From: a virus
Taxonomy: Duplodnaviria; Caudoviricetes
Direction: 5' to 3' (one strand)
Length of the DNA: 59,799 nucleotides
Virus record (IMG/VR): IMGVR_UViG_3300025694_000005
Location: 1 to 59,799 of that record
The notes under the pieces were generated by a model that saw nothing but the letters and a program-made list of their open reading frames with translations, was not told the origin of the DNA and searched no databases. Below, piece after piece: positions 34,699 through 43,857 of this stretch; position 1 is the stretch's first letter; each line of letters starts with the position of its first letter. The position numbers were made by a program, and so were the translations under genes.

Positions 34699-35343
34699 AT
34701 GGGTATTAAATTTACATCATCTGCTGGTGGGGCTAAGAAGTCCTCACTAGAACAATTCACTTACAAGAACGGCGATAACTGCGTTCGTATTTTTGGAGAT
34801 CTTCTTCCTCGGTATATCTACTGGGTGAAAGGCGAAAACGAAAAGAACATTCCTATGGAGTGTTTATCTTTTGATCGACAGAAAGAAGCATTTGTAAACG
34901 TAGAAAAAGATTGGGTTAGAGACTTCTACCCTGATTTAAAATGCGGTTGGTCTTACTCTGTACAGTGTATTGATCCTTCAGACGGTAAAACCAAAGTATT
35001 TAATCTAAAGAAAAAATTAATGGATCAGATTCTAGTTGCTGCTGAAGACTTGGGCGACCCTACCGACTTAGATGCTGGTTGGGACATTCACTTTAAGCGT
35101 ACCAAGACTGGACCAAACGTATATAATGTTGAATATACTCTTCAAACTCTCAAATGTCAGAAAGGTATTCGTCCTTTAAATGATGACGAGAGAGCTGCTG
35201 TAGCTGGTGCTACTTCTATTGATGAGTTACTTCCTAGACCAACTCCAGACGCTCAGAAAGAGTTACTGGAACGAATTGCTACTGGCGGTTCTGGGAAGGA
35301 TGAAGTCGATTCCTCAATTGAAGACGAGTTTGACATTAGCTAA
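34699..35343 (+). CDS. T5 D11-like ssDNA-binding protein
   Basis: LPRYIYW...ECLSFDR, LGDPTD..GWD and acidic C-terminal tail. Confidence 0.88.
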   Translation: MGIKFTSSAGGAKKSSLEQFTYKNGDNCVRIFGDLLPRYIYWVKGENEKNIPMECLSFDRQKEAFVNVEKDWVRDFYPDLKCGWSYSVQCIDPSDGKTKVFNLKKKLMDQILVAAEDLGDPTDLDAGWDIHFKRTKTGPNVYNVEYTLQTLKCQKGIRPLNDDERAAVAGATSIDELLPRPTPDAQKELLERIATGGSGKDEVDSSIEDEFDIS

Positions 35344-35741
35344 TGGATACTTCTAGTATTTGTAGCCAAAAATGTCAAGGTTTTGAGGGAAACTACGGAG
35401 GCTGCTGTACGGTAGGTTCTAGAAACTATATAATAGGACCTATTGTAGATTCTTATCAGTTTATAGAACATTTAAAACATTTCTATAATAATAGAAACAT
35501 AAAATTTGAAGATGTTTTATACTCCTACGAAGAAGGTTCACGACTATTTCCAGATAAAAATACTTATCAAGATTCGGGGTCTTATCCAGCTATAAAATTG
35601 GATAGAACTAAAGAATCTCTTCCTTGTATTTTTTATTCTGAAGAAATTAGAAGCTGTACTATATATGACGTTAGGCCTTTATCCTGCAGACAATATGTCT
35701 GTAGTTATTTAAAAGAATTAGAGTTAATACATAAAGAATGA
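35343..35741 (+). CDS. YkgJ-family cysteine-cluster (Zn/Fe-S) protein
   Basis: C...C.......GCC ... PCIFY...CTIYDVRPLSCRQYVC. Confidence 0.85.
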   Translation: MDTSSICSQKCQGFEGNYGGCCTVGSRNYIIGPIVDSYQFIEHLKHFYNNRNIKFEDVLYSYEEGSRLFPDKNTYQDSGSYPAIKLDRTKESLPCIFYSEEIRSCTIYDVRPLSCRQYVCSYLKELELIHKE

Positions 35742-36694
35742 AAATACTATTCTCCGCCGATTGGCACATAAAATTAGGTCAGAAGAACGTACCCGTCAAT
35801 TGGGCACGTGCTCGCTATGACAGCTTCTTTCATCAGATTTATCTGTTGGAAGATGATGCCGACTTGCATATTATTGGCGGCGATATCTTTGATAGAGTTC
35901 CAACTATTGAAGAACTAGAATTATACTTCACTTTTGTAAAAGGTTGTCAGATTGAAACTCTCATTTATGACGGTAATCATGAGGCGACTAGAAAGAATAA
36001 AACATTCTTTACGGCGTTAAAAGAAGTAACCCATTCCTTAAATGATAAGGTTACTATTATTGACGAAGCATACGAAGATGAAAGAGGTTTTAGTATTCTT
36101 CCTTACTGTGATTTACACAAGAAGAATTCTATTGAGATGCTGAATAAGAACTTTCCGGTCTTTACTCATGTGAGGGGTGAAATACCCCCTCATGTTCAGC
36201 CGGAAGTAGACTTAGAAAGATTTGCAAGGTTTCCAAAAGTATTTGCGGGAGACTTGCATTCCCATTCTAATTGCCAGAAAAATATAGTATACCCAGGAAG
36301 TCCGATGACTACTAGCTTTCATAGATCGAAAGTAGAAACCGGAGTTCTAGTTATACTTGAAGACTGGGACTGGTATTGGGAGAAGATGGAACTTCCACAG
36401 CTTATTCGTAAAACAGTCAGTGACCCTGCTGAAATGACCACGGGGCTATATGACCATGTTATTTACGAACTAGAGGGAGATCTCGGAGACCTAGCAAAAG
36501 TAGGCTCCAGCGACCTTCTTGATAAGAAAGTTGTAAAACGAAGTTCTGAAGCGACACTTGTTTTGGATAAAGAGTTCTCCGTTGGAGAAGAGTTAGTAGA
36601 ATACTTAACTTACGTGCTAGAAATAGCTGAAGATAAAATACCCGAAATATTAGGACTATATAATGATTACGCTAAAAATATTGAAATGGAGTAA
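35738..36694 (+). CDS. T5 D12 SbcD/Mre11-like nuclease
   Basis: ADWH, GGDIFD, GNHE and GDLH. Confidence 0.92.
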   Translation: MKILFSADWHIKLGQKNVPVNWARARYDSFFHQIYLLEDDADLHIIGGDIFDRVPTIEELELYFTFVKGCQIETLIYDGNHEATRKNKTFFTALKEVTHSLNDKVTIIDEAYEDERGFSILPYCDLHKKNSIEMLNKNFPVFTHVRGEIPPHVQPEVDLERFARFPKVFAGDLHSHSNCQKNIVYPGSPMTTSFHRSKVETGVLVILEDWDWYWEKMELPQLIRKTVSDPAEMTTGLYDHVIYELEGDLGDLAKVGSSDLLDKKVVKRSSEATLVLDKEFSVGEELVEYLTYVLEIAEDKIPEILGLYNDYAKNIEME

Positions 36695-38459
36695 TTGTTT
36701 CTCTTATGGAGAAGGCAATGAACTCGATTTAGCTTCCACCAGACTTACCCAAATCTTGGGTTACAATGGCGCTGGAAAATCTTCTATTCCTCTCATTTTG
36801 GAAGAAGTTCTATTTAATAAAAACTCCAAAGGTATTAAGAAAGCTGATATTCCAAATAGAGAGTTGCAGAATGGATACTCTATTAGCCTTACGTTCAGTA
36901 AAGAAGCTGATGAGTATGAGATCGACCTTCAAAGAAAGTCTAACTTAAAAGTAAAGTTCATTAAGAATGGTGAAGATATTGGTAGTCATACGGCTACCAA
37001 TACTTATAAAACTATTCAAGAAGTGCTTGGCGTAGACTTTAAAACTTTTACACAAGTAGTATATCAACATCCTAACGCTAGTTTGAATTTTCTTACTGCT
37101 ACCGATGCGAACCGTAAAAAGTTCCTGATAGACTTGCTTGGTCTAGAAAAGTATGTAAATCTCTTTGAAGTTTTTAAAGAAGCTTCGCGAGGGGTTGAAC
37201 AAGAATATGCCCAGCTTGAAGGTCGTATTTCCACTGTTGAGAAATGGTTGGAAAATAATAAACTGACGGATACTACCCCACGAGAACTTGTAAATCTTCC
37301 GAAAATCTCAGATGAGGATGAGGAAGCATTGAGTTCTCTTATGGCTGAAATTAAAAATATTTCATCAACAAATCGTCAAATTTCTCAAAATAATCAATAT
37401 AAAAGTATGTTGAAAGAAATTAATATACAGGAAATTCAAGCAATTGAAGCTTCCGAGCATATTTCATACGATGAGTTGCAGTCACAGCTAGGCGCTATAG
37501 CGGGGTCTATCGGTTCAGGACAGAAAATCATCAAAAAGATGGAGAACTTGGAAAATGTATGCCCTACCTGTGAACAATCCGTTACAGAAGATTTTAAGAA
37601 AAAACACATCTCTGAAGAAGAAGAGAAAGTTAAAATCGAGCAAGACAAGCACACAAATATCCAGAAGAAAATTAAAGAGATTCAAGAGAACAATGAAAAC
37701 TTCGCACTAAAGTCAAAGAAACAGAAAGAGTGGGAGGAGTTATATCGCTCGGTTGATAGTACACTTCCTACTGTATTAGTTGACGAAGAAGTTCTCAAAG
37801 TTCGCATTACTAATATCCGGAATACTATTGCAACACAGAAAAATGAAATAGATGTATTGCAAAGAGAGAACGAAGCTCGTTCAGCTTATAACGCTAAAAT
37901 AGAAGTTATAACTGAACAAACGGCTGAGTTTGAAAAACAACTCGAAGAAGTAGTATCTCGGTATAATGTTCTAGGAATTAAGAAAGGTAATCTTGAAATA
38001 TTGAAAAAAGCTTTTAGTACAAACGGACTCATTGCATACAAGATCGAAAATCTTGTTAAAGAACTGGAAGAATTAACGAGCGAATATCTCGCAGAACTTT
38101 CAGACGGTCGTTTTACATTGAACTTTGCCGTGAATAACGATAAACTCAATGTAGAAATCACAGATAATGGAAACGTAGTAGATATTCTAGCACTTTCGAG
38201 TGGAGAATTGGCAAGAGTAAACACGGCTACTCTTCTTGCTATTCGCAAGTTGATGAGCAGTTTATCCTCTAGTCGTATTAATGTTCTATTTCTAGACGAA
38301 GTTATGACAGTACTGGATGAGGTAGGAAAAGAAAAGCTGGTAGAAGTTCTATTAGAGGAAGAGCTTAATACTTATTTAGTAAATCATGGGTGGTCTCATC
38401 CATTACTAGAGAAAGTAGAAGTAATTAAAAGCTCAAGTATAAGTAGGTTGGTAACATAA
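36663..38459 (+). CDS. T5 D13 SbcC/Rad50-like ATPase
   Basis: GYNGAGKS, CPTC hook, LSSGE and FLDE. Confidence 0.93.
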   Translation: MITLKILKWSNCFSYGEGNELDLASTRLTQILGYNGAGKSSIPLILEEVLFNKNSKGIKKADIPNRELQNGYSISLTFSKEADEYEIDLQRKSNLKVKFIKNGEDIGSHTATNTYKTIQEVLGVDFKTFTQVVYQHPNASLNFLTATDANRKKFLIDLLGLEKYVNLFEVFKEASRGVEQEYAQLEGRISTVEKWLENNKLTDTTPRELVNLPKISDEDEEALSSLMAEIKNISSTNRQISQNNQYKSMLKEINIQEIQAIEASEHISYDELQSQLGAIAGSIGSGQKIIKKMENLENVCPTCEQSVTEDFKKKHISEEEEKVKIEQDKHTNIQKKIKEIQENNENFALKSKKQKEWEELYRSVDSTLPTVLVDEEVLKVRITNIRNTIATQKNEIDVLQRENEARSAYNAKIEVITEQTAEFEKQLEEVVSRYNVLGIKKGNLEILKKAFSTNGLIAYKIENLVKELEELTSEYLAELSDGRFTLNFAVNNDKLNVEITDNGNVVDILALSSGELARVNTATLLAIRKLMSSLSSSRINVLFLDEVMTVLDEVGKEKLVEVLLEEELNTYLVNHGWSHPLLEKVEVIKSSSISRLVT

Positions 38460-38902
38460 TGGTAGATTCGAGAGCGAAAGGACAGCGAGGAGAGTATCTT
38501 GTAAGAGATATGCTTCGTGATGCCTCTGGCCTACAGTTTGAGAGAGTCCCCAGTTCGGGGGCTCTCGCTTATTTGAAAGGCGATTTATATATACCAGACG
38601 CTAATAATGCGTTTTGTATAGAAGTAAAGAATTATGAAAAATCCCCCCTAAGTGATAAGGTATTTACAAATAAAACTAATTACCTTTTATTGTGGTGGGA
38701 AAAGATAGTAAAACAAGCGGAACTTAAACTACAACAACCATTGTTATTCTTTAAGTACTCACGCTCAAAAGTATTCGTAGTAACTAGTATTAAACCGGAA
38801 AGTACAAAACATATGTATATTTCTTGGTTAGATTGCTATGTAATGTTAGCTGAAGAATGGCTAGAAAATGAAACTATGGAGTGGACTCGTGGCCAACTTT
38901 AA
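38459..38902 (+). CDS. T5 D14-like Holliday-junction resolvase-type nuclease
   Basis: DSRAKG.RGE, RVP.SGA, KGD...IEVK. Confidence 0.88.
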   Translation: MVDSRAKGQRGEYLVRDMLRDASGLQFERVPSSGALAYLKGDLYIPDANNAFCIEVKNYEKSPLSDKVFTNKTNYLLLWWEKIVKQAELKLQQPLLFFKYSRSKVFVVTSIKPESTKHMYISWLDCYVMLAEEWLENETMEWTRGQL

Positions 38903-39740
38903 AGAAAGAATAATGGAACCAAATAAGAATGCTCTTATTGTTGACGGAATGAATTTAGCATTTCGTTGGAAGCATCAAGGAAAACTAGATTTTGAACTAG
39001 ACTATGTGCGAACAGTGGAAAGTCTAGCTCAATCATACGAATGTAGTAAGATTATTATTGCAGGCGACTGGGGAAGTAGCGCATATAGAAAGCATATAGA
39101 CCCACAGTATAAAGAAAACAGAAAGGAAAGATATAAAGATCAAACGGAGCAAGAGAAGGAAGACATTAAACTTTTCTTCGAAGAGTACGAAAGAACACTA
39201 GAAACTTTAAACGATAAGTTTTTGGTTCTTCGATACTTCCAAGTAGAAGCGGACGATTTAGCGTCTTATGTTGCAGTTCATAGAGAAAAGTTCGGTATCA
39301 ATGATATCTGGCTAATTTCTAGTGACCGAGATTGGGATTTATTAGTAAATGAAAATGTGTCTAGGTTCTCTACTGTAACTCGTAAAGAGACTACAGTATT
39401 TAACTGGGATGAGTTTTTCGACTTTCCTCAAGAAGATTATATCTCTTTTAAAGTCTTGACAGGAGATAAAGGAGATAATATTGATGGAGTTCCAGGGATT
39501 GGCCCTAAAAGAGCTACTGAACTTCTTCAACAGTATGGTACAGCATTTGATATTTATGATGCTTTACCGATAGATAGTAGGTATAAATATATTCAGTCTC
39601 TTAATGCGAGCAAGGATCTAATACTAAAAAATTATAGGATGATGGATTTGATAAGCTATTGTGCTGAAGCAATTGAACATCCTGGGCATAGTCTACTAGA
39701 AATAGACGAACGAGTAAAGGAATATATAAATGTTAATTGA
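38868..39740 (+). CDS. T5 D15 flap endonuclease/5'-3' exonuclease
   Basis: VDGMNLAFR, YKENR, EADD, SSDRD and GDKGDNIDGVPGIGPKRA. Confidence 0.94.
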   Translation: MKLWSGLVANFKERIMEPNKNALIVDGMNLAFRWKHQGKLDFELDYVRTVESLAQSYECSKIIIAGDWGSSAYRKHIDPQYKENRKERYKDQTEQEKEDIKLFFEEYERTLETLNDKFLVLRYFQVEADDLASYVAVHREKFGINDIWLISSDRDWDLLVNENVSRFSTVTRKETTVFNWDEFFDFPQEDYISFKVLTGDKGDNIDGVPGIGPKRATELLQQYGTAFDIYDALPIDSRYKYIQSLNASKDLILKNYRMMDLISYCAEAIEHPGHSLLEIDERVKEYINVN

Positions 39741-41493
39741 TTATGGAAGAGATCGTCTTCTATCTAAGTTTGGTATTCAAACGCTAGAAGATAGATATTT
39801 TATTGAAGGTGAATCGTCGCCTCAAGACGCTTTCGCACGTGCGGCGAGAGCCTTTGCAGATGACGAAGCTCACGCACAGCGATTGTATGATTACGCAAGC
39901 AATCTGTGGTTTATGTTTTCTACTCCAATTCTTTCGAATGGAGGGACTACTCGTGGACTACCTATTTCTTGTTTTCTCAACTACGTTGAAGATAGCAGAG
40001 AAGGGCTAACAGGGCACTATACGGAGAATGCATTCTTGTCTTCCGTAGGTGGTGGCGTGGGCGGAAGCTGGAGCAGCATTCGCTCTGTAGGTTCACGCAC
40101 AAGTAACGGAAGCGAAAGCACCGGCGTTATCCCTTTTATGAAAGTGGTTGACGCAGAGATGCTGGCTTTCTCACAAGGAGTAACTAGGAGAGGTTCATAT
40201 GCAGCTTATTTACACATTTCTCATCCCGAGATTGAGGAGTTTCTCGATGTACGCAAGCCTACTGGCGGCGATATCAATAGAAAGTCTACCAATCTTCATC
40301 ATGCTGTGGTCATTCCTGATAGCTTTATGAAGCTAATCGCGCAAGCGACACAAGAGCCCGGATTTGATGATAGCTGGGATTTGGTTGACCCTCATAGTGG
40401 GGAAGTAACGAATACTGTTGCTGCAAAAGCACTCTGGGTGAAGCTCATTCAGAACCGTGTAGAAACTGGCGAACCTTACATTATGTTTGAAGACGCAGTA
40501 AATAATGACTTGCCCGAGTTTCAAAGAAACTTAGGCTTGCGTGTTCACCACTCTAACCTGTGTTCAGAGATTACTCTGCCTACAAACGAAGAAAGAACGG
40601 CAGTATGTTGTCTTTCTAGTGTGAATTTGGAAGAGTATGAAAGCTGGAAGAATATTCCCGAGTTCATTCCCGACTTAGTTCGTATGCTAGATAATGTACT
40701 AGAATTCTTCATTCAGCACGCACCTTCTTCTCTTGAAAAAGCGAAGTTTAGTGCAATGAGAGAGCGTTCAATTGGTCTTGGAGCGATGGGTTTTCATGCC
40801 TATCTTCAGCGACACAATATTGCTTTTGAAAGTGCGATGGCAAAGAGTGCTAATATGAGAATGTTTTCTCAAATCAAGACGGAAGCTGTAGCGGCTACAG
40901 AACAGCTTGCAAAGGAAAGGGGCCCTTGCCCCGATGATGCAAGCGGTCGAGTGCGTAACGCTCATCTTCTTGCTATCGCCCCAAATGCTAGTAGTAGTAT
41001 TATTTGTGGAAACACGAGTCCGAGCATCGAGCCTTATCGTGCGAATGCTTTCACTCAGAAAACAAAGTCTGGTACAAGTCTTCTGAAAAACGAATACTTG
41101 GAGCATGTTCTTGACGAGCTAGGAATGGATACAGACGAAGTGTGGAAAGATATTATGACACATGGAGGCAGCGTTCAGCATCTTGACTTTCTCGATACTT
41201 GGACGAAAGATGTATTCAAAACAGCCGTTGAACTTGACCAGCGCTGGGTTGTAGAGTTTGCAGCAGACCGACAGCAGCATATTTGCCAGTCACAATCTGT
41301 AAACTTATTCTTTCCCGCAGATGTAAGTAAGCAGGAACTACACAATGTTCATATGCTTGCTTGGCGACGTGGTATGAAAACATTGTACTATGCAAGAAGT
41401 GAAGCATACAAACGTGCAGAAGTTGTGTCTGACGAGAAACTAAGAGATTTTATATTTGACGACGAAGATTCGTGTCTAGCTTGTGAGGGGTAG
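39730..41493 (+). CDS. nrdA: ribonucleotide reductase class I alpha (no ATP cone)
   Basis: TP.LSN, ISCF, SNLCSEI, APNASSS, KTLYY and C-terminal CLACEG. Confidence 0.95.
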   Translation: MLIDYGRDRLLSKFGIQTLEDRYFIEGESSPQDAFARAARAFADDEAHAQRLYDYASNLWFMFSTPILSNGGTTRGLPISCFLNYVEDSREGLTGHYTENAFLSSVGGGVGGSWSSIRSVGSRTSNGSESTGVIPFMKVVDAEMLAFSQGVTRRGSYAAYLHISHPEIEEFLDVRKPTGGDINRKSTNLHHAVVIPDSFMKLIAQATQEPGFDDSWDLVDPHSGEVTNTVAAKALWVKLIQNRVETGEPYIMFEDAVNNDLPEFQRNLGLRVHHSNLCSEITLPTNEERTAVCCLSSVNLEEYESWKNIPEFIPDLVRMLDNVLEFFIQHAPSSLEKAKFSAMRERSIGLGAMGFHAYLQRHNIAFESAMAKSANMRMFSQIKTEAVAATEQLAKERGPCPDDASGRVRNAHLLAIAPNASSSIICGNTSPSIEPYRANAFTQKTKSGTSLLKNEYLEHVLDELGMDTDEVWKDIMTHGGSVQHLDFLDTWTKDVFKTAVELDQRWVVEFAADRQQHICQSQSVNLFFPADVSKQELHNVHMLAWRRGMKTLYYARSEAYKRAEVVSDEKLRDFIFDDEDSCLACEG

Positions 41494-41496
41494 TTT

Positions 41497-42450
41497 ATGG
41501 TTACAGATGAAAGAAATTATTACAAACCGTTTCAGTATAACTGGGCGTATGAAGCGTATAAGACGCAACAGCATCTTCATTGGATGCCAGAAGAAGTCCC
41601 GATGGCAGACGACCTTAAAGATTATCGTTCTTTGGATGATAGTAGTAAGCGTTTGCTTGGACATATCTTTCGTTTTTTCACGCAAAGTGATGTAGACGTT
41701 TGCTGTGGATATGCGAAGCATTATCTGCCTACGTTTAAAGCTCCTGAAGTACGAATGATGTTGTCTGCATTTGCAGCAATGGAAGCCGTTCATCAGGACG
41801 CATATTCTACTCTTCTAGAAACTCTTGGGTTTCCTGAAGAAGAGTATCAAATGTTTATGGAAGTCCAAGAGATGTCCGATAAACATGAATACTTGACTAA
41901 CTTTAATATGAACACTAAAAAAGATATTGCTAAAACACTAGCAGTATACAGTGGCTTTACGGAAGGAGTACAATTGTTTAGTAGTTTTGCTATTCTATTG
42001 AACTTTCCGCGTCACAATCTTATGAAGAATATGGGCCAGATTGTTACTTGGTCAATTCGAGATGAGAGCTTACACGTTGAAGGAATGTCAAAACTTTTCA
42101 GAACTTATATTCAAGAGAACCCTGAAATATGGAACGATGAATTAAAGTATGAAATTTACTGTGCCGCCGAGAGAGTGGTAGAGTTAGAGGACGCATTTAT
42201 TGATGTTGCTTTTGGAAGTGCTGAAGTGAAAGACTTAAAGGCTCCCGAAGTAAAAGCATACATTCGGTATATTGCCGACAAAAGACTTATGGGTCTAGGA
42301 ATGAAGAAGATTTTCAATTCTGAAAGTAATCCACTTCCTTGGTTAGACTATATGATAAACGCAGTAGAACATACGAACTTTTTCGAAAATCGTTCTACAG
42401 AATACGCTAGAGCCAGTACTACTGGTAACTGGCAAGACATTTTTAAATAG
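41497..42450 (+). CDS. nrdB: ribonucleotide reductase class Ia beta
   Basis: FFTQSD, EAVHQDAY (radical Tyr), EGVQLFSSF and RDESLH. Confidence 0.95.
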   Translation: MVTDERNYYKPFQYNWAYEAYKTQQHLHWMPEEVPMADDLKDYRSLDDSSKRLLGHIFRFFTQSDVDVCCGYAKHYLPTFKAPEVRMMLSAFAAMEAVHQDAYSTLLETLGFPEEEYQMFMEVQEMSDKHEYLTNFNMNTKKDIAKTLAVYSGFTEGVQLFSSFAILLNFPRHNLMKNMGQIVTWSIRDESLHVEGMSKLFRTYIQENPEIWNDELKYEIYCAAERVVELEDAFIDVAFGSAEVKDLKAPEVKAYIRYIADKRLMGLGMKKIFNSESNPLPWLDYMINAVEHTNFFENRSTEYARASTTGNWQDIFK

Positions 42451-42458
42451 GAAATATA

Positions 42459-42680
42459 ATGACTGATATTCAAGAAAAACCCACTCTGGTATTTAATGAA
42501 CAGACTTACGTTATTGAAGATTTATCAGATAATGCAAAATATTTGGTAGGACAAATTCAGGACTTAATGCAGCAGAAAACAGCTACTCAAGCACGACTTG
42601 ATCAAGTTGAAGTTGCTCGCAGAGGTTTCGAAGGACTACTTCAGACAGAACTAGAAAAAACTCCAGAAGTGGGAGAGTAA
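42459..42680 (+). CDS. small coiled-coil hypothetical protein
   Basis: Y.IEDLSD.AK motif, 73 aa. Confidence 0.7.
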   Translation: MTDIQEKPTLVFNEQTYVIEDLSDNAKYLVGQIQDLMQQKTATQARLDQVEVARRGFEGLLQTELEKTPEVGE

Positions 42681-42681
42681 T

Positions 42682-42707
42682 AAAAAGGGGCTATATGCCC
42701 CTTTTTT
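42682..42707. terminator. bidirectional intrinsic terminator between convergent blocks
   Basis: AAAAAGGGGC-TATAT-GCCCCTTTTTT. Confidence 0.9.
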
Positions 42708-43026
42708 ATGACCCCCAGGGAAATACTTCGTGAGTGGTATAATTAGGGAAAAGTCTATCATTAGCTTGTTGCATGGCTACAGCCTTTGTACTAGCCAGCT
42801 CTTCGTCAGATATCCAGCCCCAAACAGTTTCTTCTGTAAGCTCCTCCCAAAGAATATAGTTATCTGTATTATCAGTGTTTAGTTCCGCTGTAAATGCGCT
42901 ACTAACTTTTTTTCCTTCGTGCTCAAAGTTATAAACATATTGAACCGCATACGCAAAGTTATCTGGGTATGTCTCATGGTTAGTATATGTTAAAATATGT
43001 AAAATTTTTGTTTCTGTCGGTTCCAT
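42706..43026 (-). CDS. tail-fibre-associated small protein
   Basis: YILWEELTEETVWGWI...PW pattern, typical downstream of fibre genes. Confidence 0.65.
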   Translation of the reverse strand: MEPTETKILHILTYTNHETYPDNFAYAVQYVYNFEHEGKKVSSAFTAELNTDNTDNYILWEELTEETVWGWISDEELASTKAVAMQQANDRLFPNYTTHEVFPWGS

Positions 43027-43038
43027 AAAATTATCCTA

Positions 43039-43857
43039 TTAAACAAACCCGTAATAAATACCAATTTCTCGATAAATATCTGGTTGACTTGTTGCAGTTT
43101 CTCTAGTCCTAAAAATTAAGGGTGAAGATGCACTCGTATTTGAAATTACAGCTTCTTCCATTAAAATTCTAAAAGAGAGTTGAAAATTTCTTCCTCCGAA
43201 TACACTATCCATAGGATTAGTCATGAGGGAGTTCAAAAGGTTTCTTTCAACATTATCATTGTAAAAACGTATATTGCCAACACTCCAGTAGTTGGTAAAA
43301 TTCGCTCCAGAGCCCCCATTAGTATTAAATCTGTTCAAGGTCCTTGGATTGACTAAAGATCCATTAATCCAGCCCGAGCCAGGAGGTTGGACTGACATTG
43401 TAATCTTCCCGCCTGTATACGCACTTTTATACTGAATAGTAAATATTGCAAATCTACCCTGGAGGACACTTAGATTGCTTGGACCTAAGTTATTTCCATC
43501 ATAACCATACCCCAGGGTAGGAATAGTACCTCCAGTAGCCGAACTAGAAACTGTAGCAGTAACAAAACCAAAATCACTTAGTAACTCAACAGCCATATCT
43601 CCATTACTAAAAGTTGTTATAAATCGATTACTAAAAGAATCTTCATCGTAGCCATACCGTGTTTTACTATAAAAATCACTCATACTAAGATTAGTATCTT
43701 GAGGCATTCCAGGAGTAGAGTCACTGTCTAATGGATGTCCTATCCACCATCTCATACTTACATTACTTTGAGTCTTAACTCCTTCATAAACCGGACCATT
43801 CATCTCGGTAAAAATTTCACTAAAAGATAACGAAGACCCTGAAGCTTTTATTGTCAT
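43039..43857 (-). CDS. fibre-tip/adhesin-like virion protein
   Basis: N-terminal SG.LSFSEI..E and SMSDFY motifs; follows the S74 fibre. Confidence 0.6.
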   Translation of the reverse strand: MTIKASGSSLSFSEIFTEMNGPVYEGVKTQSNVSMRWWIGHPLDSDSTPGMPQDTNLSMSDFYSKTRYGYDEDSFSNRFITTFSNGDMAVELLSDFGFVTATVSSSATGGTIPTLGYGYDGNNLGPSNLSVLQGRFAIFTIQYKSAYTGGKITMSVQPPGSGWINGSLVNPRTLNRFNTNGGSGANFTNYWSVGNIRFYNDNVERNLLNSLMTNPMDSVFGGRNFQLSFRILMEEAVISNTSASSPLIFRTRETATSQPDIYREIGIYYGFV

